NCBI GenBank assembly: GCA_018650445.1
Contig: JABIFX010000081.1
Span: 23,407 to 87,406, forward strand
Reading direction: 5' to 3'
Length of the DNA stretch: 64,000 nucleotides
Source of the DNA: Fidelibacterota bacterium
GTDB taxonomy: Bacteria > Fidelibacterota > UBA8477 > JABMPR01
Shown: positions 19,440 to 29,100 of the stretch, one piece after another
How positions within the stretch are numbered: position 1 is the first letter of the stretch
How the letters are laid out: each line of letters starts with the position of its first letter
Translations under genes and position numbers: made by a program
Notes under the pieces: generated by a model
Told to the model about the DNA's origin: nothing
Seen by the model: only the letters and a program-made list of their open reading frames with translations
Databases searched by the model: none

Positions 19440-20603
19440 TTAGCGGAGCAGGACGTTCTTTTGGGTTACCAGGAAATCTGGCGTAGAAGCAGAAATGATA
19501 TATACCCCACTGGCCACAGGAGATCCTGTAGCATCCAGTCCGTTCCACTTAAAGGAAGTGGTACCCACTGATTGATTCGCAATTGATTTTGACCAGACCT
19601 GTTGACCTGTAGAATTATAGATTCGTATCTGCAGATCTGCTGGTTTCCACAATTTAGCTTGAATAGTCAGAGTGGGGTTAAAGGGGTTGGGATATGTATT
19701 TAATAATAATTCAGGAATGACTTCAGCAGAAATCGGATCTGCAATACTTGTGGGATGGAAGGGTGTTCCATAGGTCCAATCCACACCAGAGATTCTGATA
19801 TCATATCCATTACCACTCATGTCATGAAGGCTATCACCCCCGCCCTCGTTCATGGGCCAATACAACTGTAAACCAGTTTCATCTCCATTAAGCATAGAAC
19901 TCATATCGTGAAATATTTCACTATGCGAACGAACACGATTCCAAATCCTAACCTCATCAATCACGCCTAAAAAATTCATTATGCCTGGAGGAATCGAACC
20001 AAGCTCAAAGCCCTCTACTGCATTACTACGAATCGGACCTGATGGTGGAACGATATGTGAAACTTCCTGCTCGATACCATTTAAATGTATGACCACCTCG
20101 TTTGTAGCTGAACTGTAACTAACTGCAAGATGTGTCCACACATCCAATACAATAGACCCAACGGGCAAAAAGCTATGACTAACCCCACTATTATGCCTGA
20201 GTTGTAAAATTAGGCTTCTATCACTGGCTGTGGGATGATCCTGGATAATAAACAACCAGATGCTTGGCTTATAAAGAATGGTACCAATATAATTTGGTCC
20301 TTCACCCCATCCATTGGGTTTGATCCAGGCTTCAAGGGTCAGAGATTCAGATAGATTGAGTCCCGAGGAAGGTAGAATTCTGGATTCATTCAGCTCCAGA
20401 CTAAATTCGAGTGCACTCTCCCCTTCACGAAAATGTTCGAGGGTTTGATCCCTTGTAGAAATAAGCTTTGGTTCTTCATGCGGCAGGTTTGAACGACTGA
20501 ATGCAAATGAAGCCATCCAAAATAAAGCGATAAAGGCAATCATCCAGCTACCCGAGAATCCAACCCTGCCATGGCGGGCCATTACGTTCATCTCACTACG
20601 CAT
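19440..20603 (-). CDS. LamG/concanavalin-A-like lectin domain protein with T9SS C-terminal sorting domain
   Basis: LTLEAWIKPNGW...IDEVRIWNRVRS is typical of Laminin_G_3 domains. The C-terminus YPNPFNPTLTI...VYIISA...LLR is a T9SS type A CTD. Its start codon directly abuts the stop of the C25 gene. Confidence 0.8.
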   Translation of the reverse strand: MRSEMNVMARHGRVGFSGSWMIAFIALFWMASFAFSRSNLPHEEPKLISTRDQTLEHFREGESALEFSLELNESRILPSSGLNLSESLTLEAWIKPNGWGEGPNYIGTILYKPSIWLFIIQDHPTASDRSLILQLRHNSGVSHSFLPVGSIVLDVWTHLAVSYSSATNEVVIHLNGIEQEVSHIVPPSGPIRSNAVEGFELGSIPPGIMNFLGVIDEVRIWNRVRSHSEIFHDMSSMLNGDETGLQLYWPMNEGGGDSLHDMSGNGYDIRISGVDWTYGTPFHPTSIADPISAEVIPELLLNTYPNPFNPTLTIQAKLWKPADLQIRIYNSTGQQVWSKSIANQSVGTTSFKWNGLDATGSPVASGVYIISASTPDFLVTQKNVLLR

Positions 20604-23600
20604 CTAAGGTCCACCTAGAATCGCTTCTATAAGGATTATGATATCCATGATATCCACTTGTGCATCCCCGGAAAGGTCAAATTGCTCATATTGCTCCTCA
20701 GTCATCTCTTCGAGCTGAATGGCAAAATCCATTAAGCTGATAGCATCGGTAATATTGACCTGATAATCGTGATTTACATCGCCCCAGGGCAACTCACCAT
20801 CTGCTATATCCATGGATACCATGATGTTTGCAGTGGGATAATTGGGTGCGCTGGTTTCGATATTCATGGAAATCTCGTAATGACCATGAGCCATTCCAAT
20901 GGAAGAAGCACTTATTAAGAAAGCTGAACTTTCTCCGGGATCTACTCGTCCATGCCAATTCGAAGCTGAGAACCATTCCACCGGTCTGAGGATAGCTATC
21001 GCGGATCCAGATTCCAGTGGTGCAGTTTCATTATGGTGCATAGTTAAGCCAATATTCCTATCAGCATTTTGCATCCCAATGGTTCCCGATATGGTTGATG
21101 CATCCATGGATTGATATTGAAAGATGATCATTCCTACTTTGTGGAGGACAACCTGAAAAGTATAGTATTGAGATGTACCCCACTTGGGGAAATTTTTCCA
21201 GGTGATGATGCACTCATCATCTTCATTGGTCCAATAATAAATGCTTCCATTGGGACCTCGATCGTTATTCAGGTCATCCCACCAGGGAGCAATCATTGCT
21301 GGTGGACTCATTTGATTGGGTAAGGCCGCATTTAGCCAGGGAGAAAATGAGCTCTCAAAGCTTATCGTCCCATTGCTGCCAATAAACATCTCCTCATAAA
21401 TATTCTCATAAAATGGAAATTCAAACCCCAACGGCAATGGACCGATACTACTATCATCGGGGTCACCAACCCATTCCAACAGGTTCCCCTGTGTTTCAAT
21501 ATCGTACCAGGTATAGACTGGTCCTGCCTCATCGACATCTCGTCTCCAATAATAACCAAAGGCATCCTCTCCTTCTCGGATTCCAGATGAATTTGGGGGA
21601 ATATCAGGGGTATCCTTTGTGATATTTGATTCGAAACCTGCGGGAGGGGACGGTGGCACGCGGTTGGATTCCACATCAAGACTGATGGCATAGGCCACTG
21701 GAGCTTCACCTGTGTTGATAATCATAATTGAGTCATTTGATGTGCTCCAGGGATTGAGATGAAAATGAATATCAGTTGTGTTCAAAGCGACACTCGCATC
21801 ATGAAATGCTGTCCCTTTGTCTGTGGAAAAAAGGATAGCAGTATTATTCCTCAGGAAGGCCACGCTGGGATCATTTACATTATTGTAGGAAGTCATGAGA
21901 CCAGTTCTGCTATCTGGTGATTCGATACCAATGGTGGCAAAATTTGCCAGTATATCTGTGTTTTCATAACGATTATATTGAAATTTGATATTATTATCAC
22001 CTGAGTCCGTAGGGTATAGTTCAGTATTAAAAATGATAAGTTGAAAACTGAGAAGATCTCCCATGTACAGATGACTTACATTGCTCCATTCAATAATAAA
22101 TTGACCATCATTAACCATATTAAACTGGTAAATCCCTCCCCATGGCGTGATCAGATCATCCCAAAATGGTGCTAACATTCCAGGTGGACCAATGGGAGAA
22201 GGAATTGTTCTGTTGTGAAAATTTACGACGTCATGTTCACCGAAGGCTGCCCACCCATTTGTACAGACAGTTATATTTGTGAAAACCTCACCATAGTATG
22301 TGACGGGAAAAGGGAGATCGATTATTGTTGAAGCGTCTGCTTCTTCCCAGATATCAGTGATTCTAATGGAGGAGCCAGATCCGCCCATGTTTGGATCAAT
22401 TTCATGCCAATCATAAGATTGGGCCTGTGAAAAGCTCAGGTCAAATTCATCAAACATACGATACCCATAAGGATCAGCCTGCGATGGACCAAAGCGAATA
22501 ACATCTCCAATTTGAACATTTACATAAATAGTATCCGTCCCATTTGGAGATGTGCATTCAAAGCCTACGCTAATTCGTTCTCCTGGAAAGATTTGATCAC
22601 TGAAGACAACCTCGATGGCATTGTCTGTGTGACCAGTAGCATCAATGTCTATTCCTGGACATGCCAGGGGGTCACCTGAAAAAGTTAACAGGTCATGGGC
22701 TACGGGTGAAAGCGTCATTGGACCAGAGATTGCGCCCCCCCTGTTTATCATTTCAATTTGAAACTGAGCAGAATCACCGGCGCTCACATTACCGCTGAGT
22801 AAGAGAAAGTCTTGAATGTCTAATTGTGGGGCTTGCACTGAGATATGCTTTTGCCAGGTCCATATTTCGCTGTCCTCTTCAACCTGAAGATCAATGATTG
22901 TCGGGGTACCATGGGGTAAGCCCGCTTCAGCGGTGAGGTAAATCGTGATGGGATCAAGGGCGCTATTTGCTGGAACAGACTCAACAATAATTTGGGAGGT
23001 TACATTCACACCTGAGGCCTGTGAGGAAAATGAAAACTCGACATTGCTCATGGCTTCACCGTGGTTAAAAAACTGTAGATTCATTGGGGCCGTAAGTCCT
23101 GCTACAGGGAGAGCATCTGGATCCAGGGTCCAGCCCTGGAGTGTCATTCTCTGCGATCTTTGTACAATGGGGATCGAAGCCAAATAAGGATAAAGGTTCT
23201 TCCCAGTAACAGTTACCAGAATATCATCAGCCTCTCCAAGGTCGATTGGCAAGTTAACCATCCCATTGTCATCAGAATATGCTCCAATCACATTGTCATC
23301 GTTTAAGAAGGACACGTAAGCATTGCTGATGACAGACCCATTCTCACTGAGGACGGTTAATTCTATTGAATTCTGCACTGAACTGAGAGTATCAGCGTGA
23401 ACCACATTTAACAACTGTGGGACGTCGGTCCACAATTGCATCCCCGGATCACCTAATAGATTGTAGATATGATGATAGAATTCAGCGGTTTGCTCAAAGG
23501 GAAAGTATGTATTTTGATGATAGTTGCGCCAGAGCTCGTATTTGCCCGCCCACATGGCTTCACCCAGTACCTGAACACCCCCATCGAAAATCGCCGAATA

Positions 23601-25112
23601 GATGCCAATGTCTATAACATTGTTAAACTGGGTATGCGTGTACAACTCACTGGGACCAAAGAAGGCAACCGCTCCCCTCGGCACATTTGCGGTTCCAATA
23701 CGAGTCCAGACTTCACCAAAGCAGGGATCTTCATAGGCGTCAAAATTACCACCCCCACAAACAACTGATGTAATGACGGGTGTTTTGGCTCCGTTGCTAA
23801 TGAGCTGATAGATATCATTGCTGGTAAAATTGGGACCGTACCAGCCGTTATACATACCAAAGCCACGATAATTCACAAAACTTACGCCTTGATTAATTGG
23901 TGTAGCGATATCGCTGGTTGACTCTGACTCAGGGTGGTATGCAGTGTAAACAGTTGAATAATTATTGTCCAATAACTTATCTGCGACCCACTCCTTGGTG
24001 GCCTGGGCAGAAGCGGCACCGGTATTTGTGGAGATCATCAGAGCTCGATTGAACCAGTCAGTTTGATCCATGGCTGGTTGGCTCTCATATCTAACGATTT
24101 TAGATGTAAAGGTAATCAATTCAGAAATGGTATCCACCGACAGCCTGCCCACCATGAGTTCTGGAAAGGTATCGTCACCTTCAAGTAGAGTGTAAGGGTG
24201 GTCACCTATCAAATAATCGCCATAACTATTTTGAATATAGAAACCAGGCATACCCTGATCTGAGTCACCAATTAATAGCAGGAAATCAGGACGATGCTCC
24301 CAGGTATCCCAGGCAGTCTGGATATAGTTTTTTATGGCGGATCTGGATGTACCTGTTACCGCTGTCGTTACCACGGTGACCTCATAGCCGGCTCTCTGCT
24401 TCCAGGTAGTTAAGATTTGGAGATAAGGTTCATAGAGAGGTGGTGTAATAATGAGGTAGTGACCTTTCCGGGGAAACTGTCCAGTGGGCGGTACGATTGA
24501 ACGCATACCATTTTGAACAAAATCCTCCAGGTCCTCTCCCTGTTGAACACCTAGCAATTCAAACTCTATGGTCAGGGGCACTCGAATACTATGGGTACGA
24601 GAGTCTAGTTTGACTGGATGAAGCGTAATTGGAACAAATTGCTGGCCCCGCATAAATACTGGTTCGCTGAGGATCAATGTCTCATGCGACGATCCTGATA
24701 ATTGAGAATCATCATACAGGGTTGAAGTAATGATAGATGGCTCTGAATCCAGATGCACCTCAGGGACTGTCATCAGTCGAGTGTTTTGTAAAACTTCATC
24801 CTGGCGCTGAACTGCTTCGATTCTGATATCTTGTGTTGAGCTGACAGGTACCATCTGGGTGGTCATGGGAGTTGCAGGATCACCTGGTGCCCCGGCTATA
24901 CCCCAGCCGTATTTGGTAAAGAGCTCAGGGTTTTCAAGCATGGATTGCCACTGGTCTAGAGTAACATGCTGAAAATCAAGTTGAACCCTGATTCCTCCAG
25001 GAATTGGAATTAACTCCATCTTTGGCAAGTATTGATCTGCAGCCCCAAGAAATTGGAGCGTGAGTAAAAGGCTGATTATAATCTTTACACTTTTCAACAT
25101 AGTGTCTTCCAA
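20604..25112 (-). CDS. Peptidase C25 (gingipain)-like giant secreted protein with C-terminal dockerin-type repeats
   Basis: C25 core HYLIITPPLYEPYLQILTTWKQRAGYEVTVV...FLLLIGDSDQGMP...FVNYRGFGMYNGW...ITSVVCGGGNF. The C-terminus GDVNHDYQVNITDAISL...DLSGDAQVDIMDIIILI forms two dockerin-like EF-hand segments. The likely true start is the internal MLKSVKIIISLLL. Confidence 0.8.
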   Translation of the reverse strand: MEDTMLKSVKIIISLLLTLQFLGAADQYLPKMELIPIPGGIRVQLDFQHVTLDQWQSMLENPELFTKYGWGIAGAPGDPATPMTTQMVPVSSTQDIRIEAVQRQDEVLQNTRLMTVPEVHLDSEPSIITSTLYDDSQLSGSSHETLILSEPVFMRGQQFVPITLHPVKLDSRTHSIRVPLTIEFELLGVQQGEDLEDFVQNGMRSIVPPTGQFPRKGHYLIITPPLYEPYLQILTTWKQRAGYEVTVVTTAVTGTSRSAIKNYIQTAWDTWEHRPDFLLLIGDSDQGMPGFYIQNSYGDYLIGDHPYTLLEGDDTFPELMVGRLSVDTISELITFTSKIVRYESQPAMDQTDWFNRALMISTNTGAASAQATKEWVADKLLDNNYSTVYTAYHPESESTSDIATPINQGVSFVNYRGFGMYNGWYGPNFTSNDIYQLISNGAKTPVITSVVCGGGNFDAYEDPCFGEVWTRIGTANVPRGAVAFFGPSELYTHTQFNNVIDIGIYSAIFDGGVQVLGEAMWAGKYELWRNYHQNTYFPFEQTAEFYHHIYNLLGDPGMQLWTDVPQLLNVVHADTLSSVQNSIELTVLSENGSVISNAYVSFLNDDNVIGAYSDDNGMVNLPIDLGEADDILVTVTGKNLYPYLASIPIVQRSQRMTLQGWTLDPDALPVAGLTAPMNLQFFNHGEAMSNVEFSFSSQASGVNVTSQIIVESVPANSALDPITIYLTAEAGLPHGTPTIIDLQVEEDSEIWTWQKHISVQAPQLDIQDFLLLSGNVSAGDSAQFQIEMINRGGAISGPMTLSPVAHDLLTFSGDPLACPGIDIDATGHTDNAIEVVFSDQIFPGERISVGFECTSPNGTDTIYVNVQIGDVIRFGPSQADPYGYRMFDEFDLSFSQAQSYDWHEIDPNMGGSGSSIRITDIWEEADASTIIDLPFPVTYYGEVFTNITVCTNGWAAFGEHDVVNFHNRTIPSPIGPPGMLAPFWDDLITPWGGIYQFNMVNDGQFIIEWSNVSHLYMGDLLSFQLIIFNTELYPTDSGDNNIKFQYNRYENTDILANFATIGIESPDSRTGLMTSYNNVNDPSVAFLRNNTAILFSTDKGTAFHDASVALNTTDIHFHLNPWSTSNDSIMIINTGEAPVAYAISLDVESNRVPPSPPAGFESNITKDTPDIPPNSSGIREGEDAFGYYWRRDVDEAGPVYTWYDIETQGNLLEWVGDPDDSSIGPLPLGFEFPFYENIYEEMFIGSNGTISFESSFSPWLNAALPNQMSPPAMIAPWWDDLNNDRGPNGSIYYWTNEDDECIITWKNFPKWGTSQYYTFQVVLHKVGMIIFQYQSMDASTISGTIGMQNADRNIGLTMHHNETAPLESGSAIAILRPVEWFSASNWHGRVDPGESSAFLISASSIGMAHGHYEISMNIETSAPNYPTANIMVSMDIADGELPWGDVNHDYQVNITDAISLMDFAIQLEEMTEEQYEQFDLSGDAQVDIMDIIILIEAILGGP

Positions 25113-25230
25113 ATGGAAAAATTAAGGTAGTAAACTAGTCGTTATGCGGCAAGAGCAATTAAATCACAACTTTATCATTAACCTGGGGGTTGCATAATGG
25201 GATTCAGAATAATATTCCAAGGCTTAGAAT

Positions 25231-25265
25231 AAAAAAGCCCCTGATTTTTTAGGTCAGGGGCTTTT
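25231..25265 (-). terminator. Rho-independent terminator after the Ig/PKD gene
   Basis: GCCCCTGA (25237-25244) and TCAGGGGC (25254-25261) form the stem. On the minus strand it is followed by TTTTTT. Confidence 0.75.
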
Positions 25266-25289
25266 GTTATCGTCTTTAGGAAGAATGTG

Positions 25290-27725
25290 TTACTTCAGAT
25301 ACACCATGCGCTTCACTTCTCTAAATGATCCTGCATTAAGGACATATAGATAGGTTCCACTACTCAGATTCTCAGGAGTAAAATGGACACTATAGTGACC
25401 TGCTTCATAATAACCTTCAGCAACCTCAGCTACCTGGGCGCCACGGATATCATAGATTTTCAAACTGATATCCCCAGAAACATCCAGAGCAAAGTCAATC
25501 GTTGTACTTGGGTTAAAGGGGTTAGGATAATTGCTGGCTAAACTTGAAACCTCAGGAATTTCTGGGGCCATTTCAGGTTCAACCCAAGCTCCATTTCCAC
25601 CTTTGGCAAGTCCAGCGCCACTGCCACCAAAATAACTGTCCAGCGCAAGATCAGCCTCTTTGTCGATTTTGATCTCAGCAGCCAGTATCGCACCCGTGAA
25701 AGCAGTTTTCTTCTTCAGCTCAACTTTACTTTCTGGGGCATAAATGGTACCATAGAACACCACATCGTCCTCCATCTTGACTGAATGGTGATGGTGATGG
25801 TGGTGGTGGTCCTCATTGTGATGATGATTACCATCAACATAGAAGATGATATCGGAGGCATCGATGTATGAACCATTTGCAGGTCCAACATATACATCCT
25901 TCTTGATCTTCAGTTCCTTTTCAACCCGGACTTCCGTAGCTTCTTCAAAGCGGATGTGACTCTGCTTTTTCGCTTCAAGCTTCTCGATGTTATATACACC
26001 ACCAGTAAAAGTCAATGTTCCACGATCTTCAACCTTGATGTGATGGTAGTCGCCTGGCTCTAAGACCAGATCCTGGTTTTTACGAACACGAATGTTCTGG
26101 CTACCAGCGGGAGCGGACTTGAAGGGAGGCATGGTGCTGAACATGGGGGTGTCACCAAAGGTATATTCATCACCGGTGATATCACCCTGATTTTCCAGCT
26201 CATTGTAGTAGACATCACTGGCAATCAAGGCATTGTGTTTAACCTTGATACCATCGGCCATCACTTTGTAACCTGCTGCAATGGTAACGTCTTTATCGAT
26301 CTTCAGTTCTTCATGGTCGTGATTGTGACCATCCTGTTCATGCTCATGGGTTTCATTGATCACAATGTTACCACTAAAGACCTCAATATCCTTTTTCAAG
26401 TCAATTTTGGTCTCAGCAAAAAGCAGGGCTCCAGCAAGGTCGGCTGTCACATTAACAGTTACCACGAAAGAAGTTGATACTTCAGCTTCCCATGGATCAA
26501 CGGCAGTAACCTCCACAAAGCTTTCACCTAGATCAACAACATCAAAACTCAATACGCTTCCGGTCAGGCTGCTTGTCACAGCATCACCATTGGAGCTTGT
26601 GAATGAATATGATAATACATCGCTGGTATCTGCATCAGAAAAGACTGTTAAAAGATCTATGTCAGCTGATAGAACATCATCACCATAGGATATTTCAAAA
26701 TCATCGATAGCATTAGCTACGATTGGTGCTGTATTGACAACTTCTACTACACGTTCGGCTGTACTTGCGTTGCCACCTTCATCAGTGGCTGTATATGTGA
26801 TCGTATAAGAAGCAGGGATATTGATATCTACACTACCGCTAATATCTATTGTCACATCTGAACCACAGGCATCTTCAGCTTCTATACCTGCTTCAGCATA
26901 GGCCAGATAAAGACCCAGCTCCATGGGGTTATCACCCAACATGGTGATCACAGGTGGTTCTGTGTCAGCAGTGATCTCTACGAGCACATTATCGCTCGAG
27001 GAAGCAGCATAGATGTCTGTTACCGTCAGGGTGAAGGTATGAGATCCTGCACCAAGGCTTGGTGTATAAGCGGCTGTGGAGCTAACCACATTCCCGCCAA
27101 GGCTCCAACTGTAGCTTAGGGCATCACCGTCGGGATCAGTGGAGGCAGATCCGTCCAGGTTTACAGCCACATCGTCTATGATACAATTTATAGCCACATC
27201 ATCACCAGCAGCTGCAACGGGAGCAGCATTGATCACGGTTACTATACGTTCAGTTGTGCTAGCATTTCCAGCTTCATCTGTGGCCGTGTAGGTCAAGGTA
27301 TATGAACCCGGGGTTTCCACATCTACTGTGCCACTCACATCAACTGTTACATCACTACAAAGGTCTGAGGCTTCATAACCTGGGTCTTCGTAAGGGATGT
27401 GAATATTTGTACTGAAGGGACCTGTACCCAACAATGTCAGTTCTGGAGCATCAGTGTCGGCCTCAACGGTGACTGATACCTCATCACTATCTGTTTCACC
27501 AAAGGCATCAGTTACGGTGAGAGTATAGTTGTAGGTGTGTGGAGTCAGACCTTTTTTGATGCCATCGATGTGGACCATCGCTTGCTCAGGGACAGATATT
27601 ATTTCAATGGTGCTAGGTGTGACAAAAGGGCTGCCATCAGGTTTTTGTGAGCCTGGAAGTGTTGTAACAAAAAAAGTTAATAGTAGTAATCCGAAAGCCA
27701 TATTTTCAATAAGTTTTCTCATCAT
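25290..27725 (-). CDS. Multi-domain surface protein: repeated Ig-like (HYR/DUF5011-like) and PKD domains, His-rich beta-helix-like region, T9SS CTD
   Basis: Repeated TYTATDEAGNAST..ERIV.V modules and a PKD-like segment DGSASTDPDGDALSYSWSL. His-rich tracts THEHEQDGHNHDHEE and HHHNEDHHHHHHHH. C-terminus NYPNPFNPSTTIDF...MVYLK. Confidence 0.8.
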   Translation of the reverse strand: MMRKLIENMAFGLLLLTFFVTTLPGSQKPDGSPFVTPSTIEIISVPEQAMVHIDGIKKGLTPHTYNYTLTVTDAFGETDSDEVSVTVEADTDAPELTLLGTGPFSTNIHIPYEDPGYEASDLCSDVTVDVSGTVDVETPGSYTLTYTATDEAGNASTTERIVTVINAAPVAAAGDDVAINCIIDDVAVNLDGSASTDPDGDALSYSWSLGGNVVSSTAAYTPSLGAGSHTFTLTVTDIYAASSSDNVLVEITADTEPPVITMLGDNPMELGLYLAYAEAGIEAEDACGSDVTIDISGSVDINIPASYTITYTATDEGGNASTAERVVEVVNTAPIVANAIDDFEISYGDDVLSADIDLLTVFSDADTSDVLSYSFTSSNGDAVTSSLTGSVLSFDVVDLGESFVEVTAVDPWEAEVSTSFVVTVNVTADLAGALLFAETKIDLKKDIEVFSGNIVINETHEHEQDGHNHDHEELKIDKDVTIAAGYKVMADGIKVKHNALIASDVYYNELENQGDITGDEYTFGDTPMFSTMPPFKSAPAGSQNIRVRKNQDLVLEPGDYHHIKVEDRGTLTFTGGVYNIEKLEAKKQSHIRFEEATEVRVEKELKIKKDVYVGPANGSYIDASDIIFYVDGNHHHNEDHHHHHHHHSVKMEDDVVFYGTIYAPESKVELKKKTAFTGAILAAEIKIDKEADLALDSYFGGSGAGLAKGGNGAWVEPEMAPEIPEVSSLASNYPNPFNPSTTIDFALDVSGDISLKIYDIRGAQVAEVAEGYYEAGHYSVHFTPENLSSGTYLYVLNAGSFREVKRMVYLK

Positions 27726-27967
27726 CCATCCTTATGTGATGTTCAATAGTGAGTATGATAATTAGGGATCCCCAAGATAGTGGTCTTCAAGTCCAGTAAA
27801 AAGACAGATCCTATTTGCCACGATCAACAGCCCCCAATACATGCAATATTCGTGCTAGTAAAGGATTGTGTCGACCATTTTTAAAGAGTTTTTTGAGTTG
27901 TGAGTTGCATCACTTGAGTGAGGAATCAACCGACTCGTGGACTTGCCCCCCTAAGGCTAACCATATA

Positions 27968-29011
27968 TCAACCGGTTCCCCCAGTAGCCTTGGCGGCTAT
28001 TGTAGTGTACATCTTACGATAAAATTGTCTACTCTTCAGGAAGGCAGCCAGCCCTGGTAAACGCATCTGAATATCTTTCCAGTGAGACCGAATAGCAGGC
28101 TGGAGCGGACCAAACCCGCTTCGTTGCAGTGTTGCCCCCCAGAGTGGGTTCAATTCAAGAAATACAGGCTGACCATCTTTGATAAGAAAATCTATGGCTC
28201 CAAGATTGTTTCCCAGAATGCTGACGCCGTCAATTATCTGCTTCCTGAAGAGAGGATCGTCCATTAGAGCATGGAGTTTGAGATTCAATTCTACGAAATA
28301 GCCATATTCCTCGAGACTGGCATCACGATAATGGATTTCTCTTTTCTGAGCACCAACACCATAGAAACTTAAGACCTTATCAAAGACAACATGCGCTCTG
28401 TAAGCTTCACTAAAGCCGGATCTCGTAGTAGTTTCGACAAACTCTACAGCCATGACTCGGCTATGTTTTCGATTCTTCTTCGCGGATTCTACACGATCGA
28501 AAAGTTTCTCCAGCGTACTCGTAATGAGTTTCTCGTCTGCATCCGGTTCGATAATCACCAGACCATCACCCCCGCTTTCGTTGTTGGTCCTGAGAATGAT
28601 TCGTGCAAAATTTTTTTGAAACGTCTCAACTTGGGATCGTGCGAGTTTTGGATCTGAGAGGATGATGTGATTGGGGACCAAGAGCCCTGCTCCCTTCCAC
28701 AGAGAATAGGATTCATCCTTCAGGTCGCCGGCATAAAAACTCTTGATATCATTCACTACAAGCCGTGAGTCTCGGTAGGTGGCAATCTTTGACTCAATGC
28801 GCTCAACGTCCTGATCGCTGGTTCTTTCAGGGATATTCCTGCAGAAGATTACATCGGCTTCGGAAATCTTGAAGGTTTGCCGCAAACCACCTGTAAAAAC
28901 GGCTGCTTCACTTTCATGCCGTCGACGACGTTCGATCCTGTAATGATCACGGAATTTTTTCTTGCGAAAGCCTTGGTGCAGACCAATAAAGTAAATACGT
29001 GGATGGGACAT
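27968..29011 (-). CDS. ATP-grasp-like protein (putative)
   Basis: The C-terminal GAIDFLIKDGQPVFLELNPLWG resembles the ATP-grasp Mg/ATP-binding strand. The rest is unassigned. Confidence 0.4.
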   Translation of the reverse strand: MSHPRIYFIGLHQGFRKKKFRDHYRIERRRRHESEAAVFTGGLRQTFKISEADVIFCRNIPERTSDQDVERIESKIATYRDSRLVVNDIKSFYAGDLKDESYSLWKGAGLLVPNHIILSDPKLARSQVETFQKNFARIILRTNNESGGDGLVIIEPDADEKLITSTLEKLFDRVESAKKNRKHSRVMAVEFVETTTRSGFSEAYRAHVVFDKVLSFYGVGAQKREIHYRDASLEEYGYFVELNLKLHALMDDPLFRKQIIDGVSILGNNLGAIDFLIKDGQPVFLELNPLWGATLQRSGFGPLQPAIRSHWKDIQMRLPGLAAFLKSRQFYRKMYTTIAAKATGGTG

Positions 29012-29100
29012 CGGTAAATATAGTTCCTGGATTTTAATAATGCGAACGATCTACTACGAGTGCAAGGTGCAGAAGATAGATCCTGATTCTCTCAGGCTGA

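Noticed and set aside
19094-19548. ORFs 19094..19318 (+) and 19309..19548 (-) in the HlyD upstream region.
   Set aside because: They have no RBS or motifs. One overlaps the 3' end of the LamG gene, and the region is better explained as promoter and regulatory DNA.
25785-25808. The His8 run might be an engineered affinity tag or vector contamination.
   Set aside because: It is internal to an 811-aa ORF, uses mixed CAC/CAT codons, and is embedded in further His/Asp/Glu-rich native sequence. No vector-like flanks are present.
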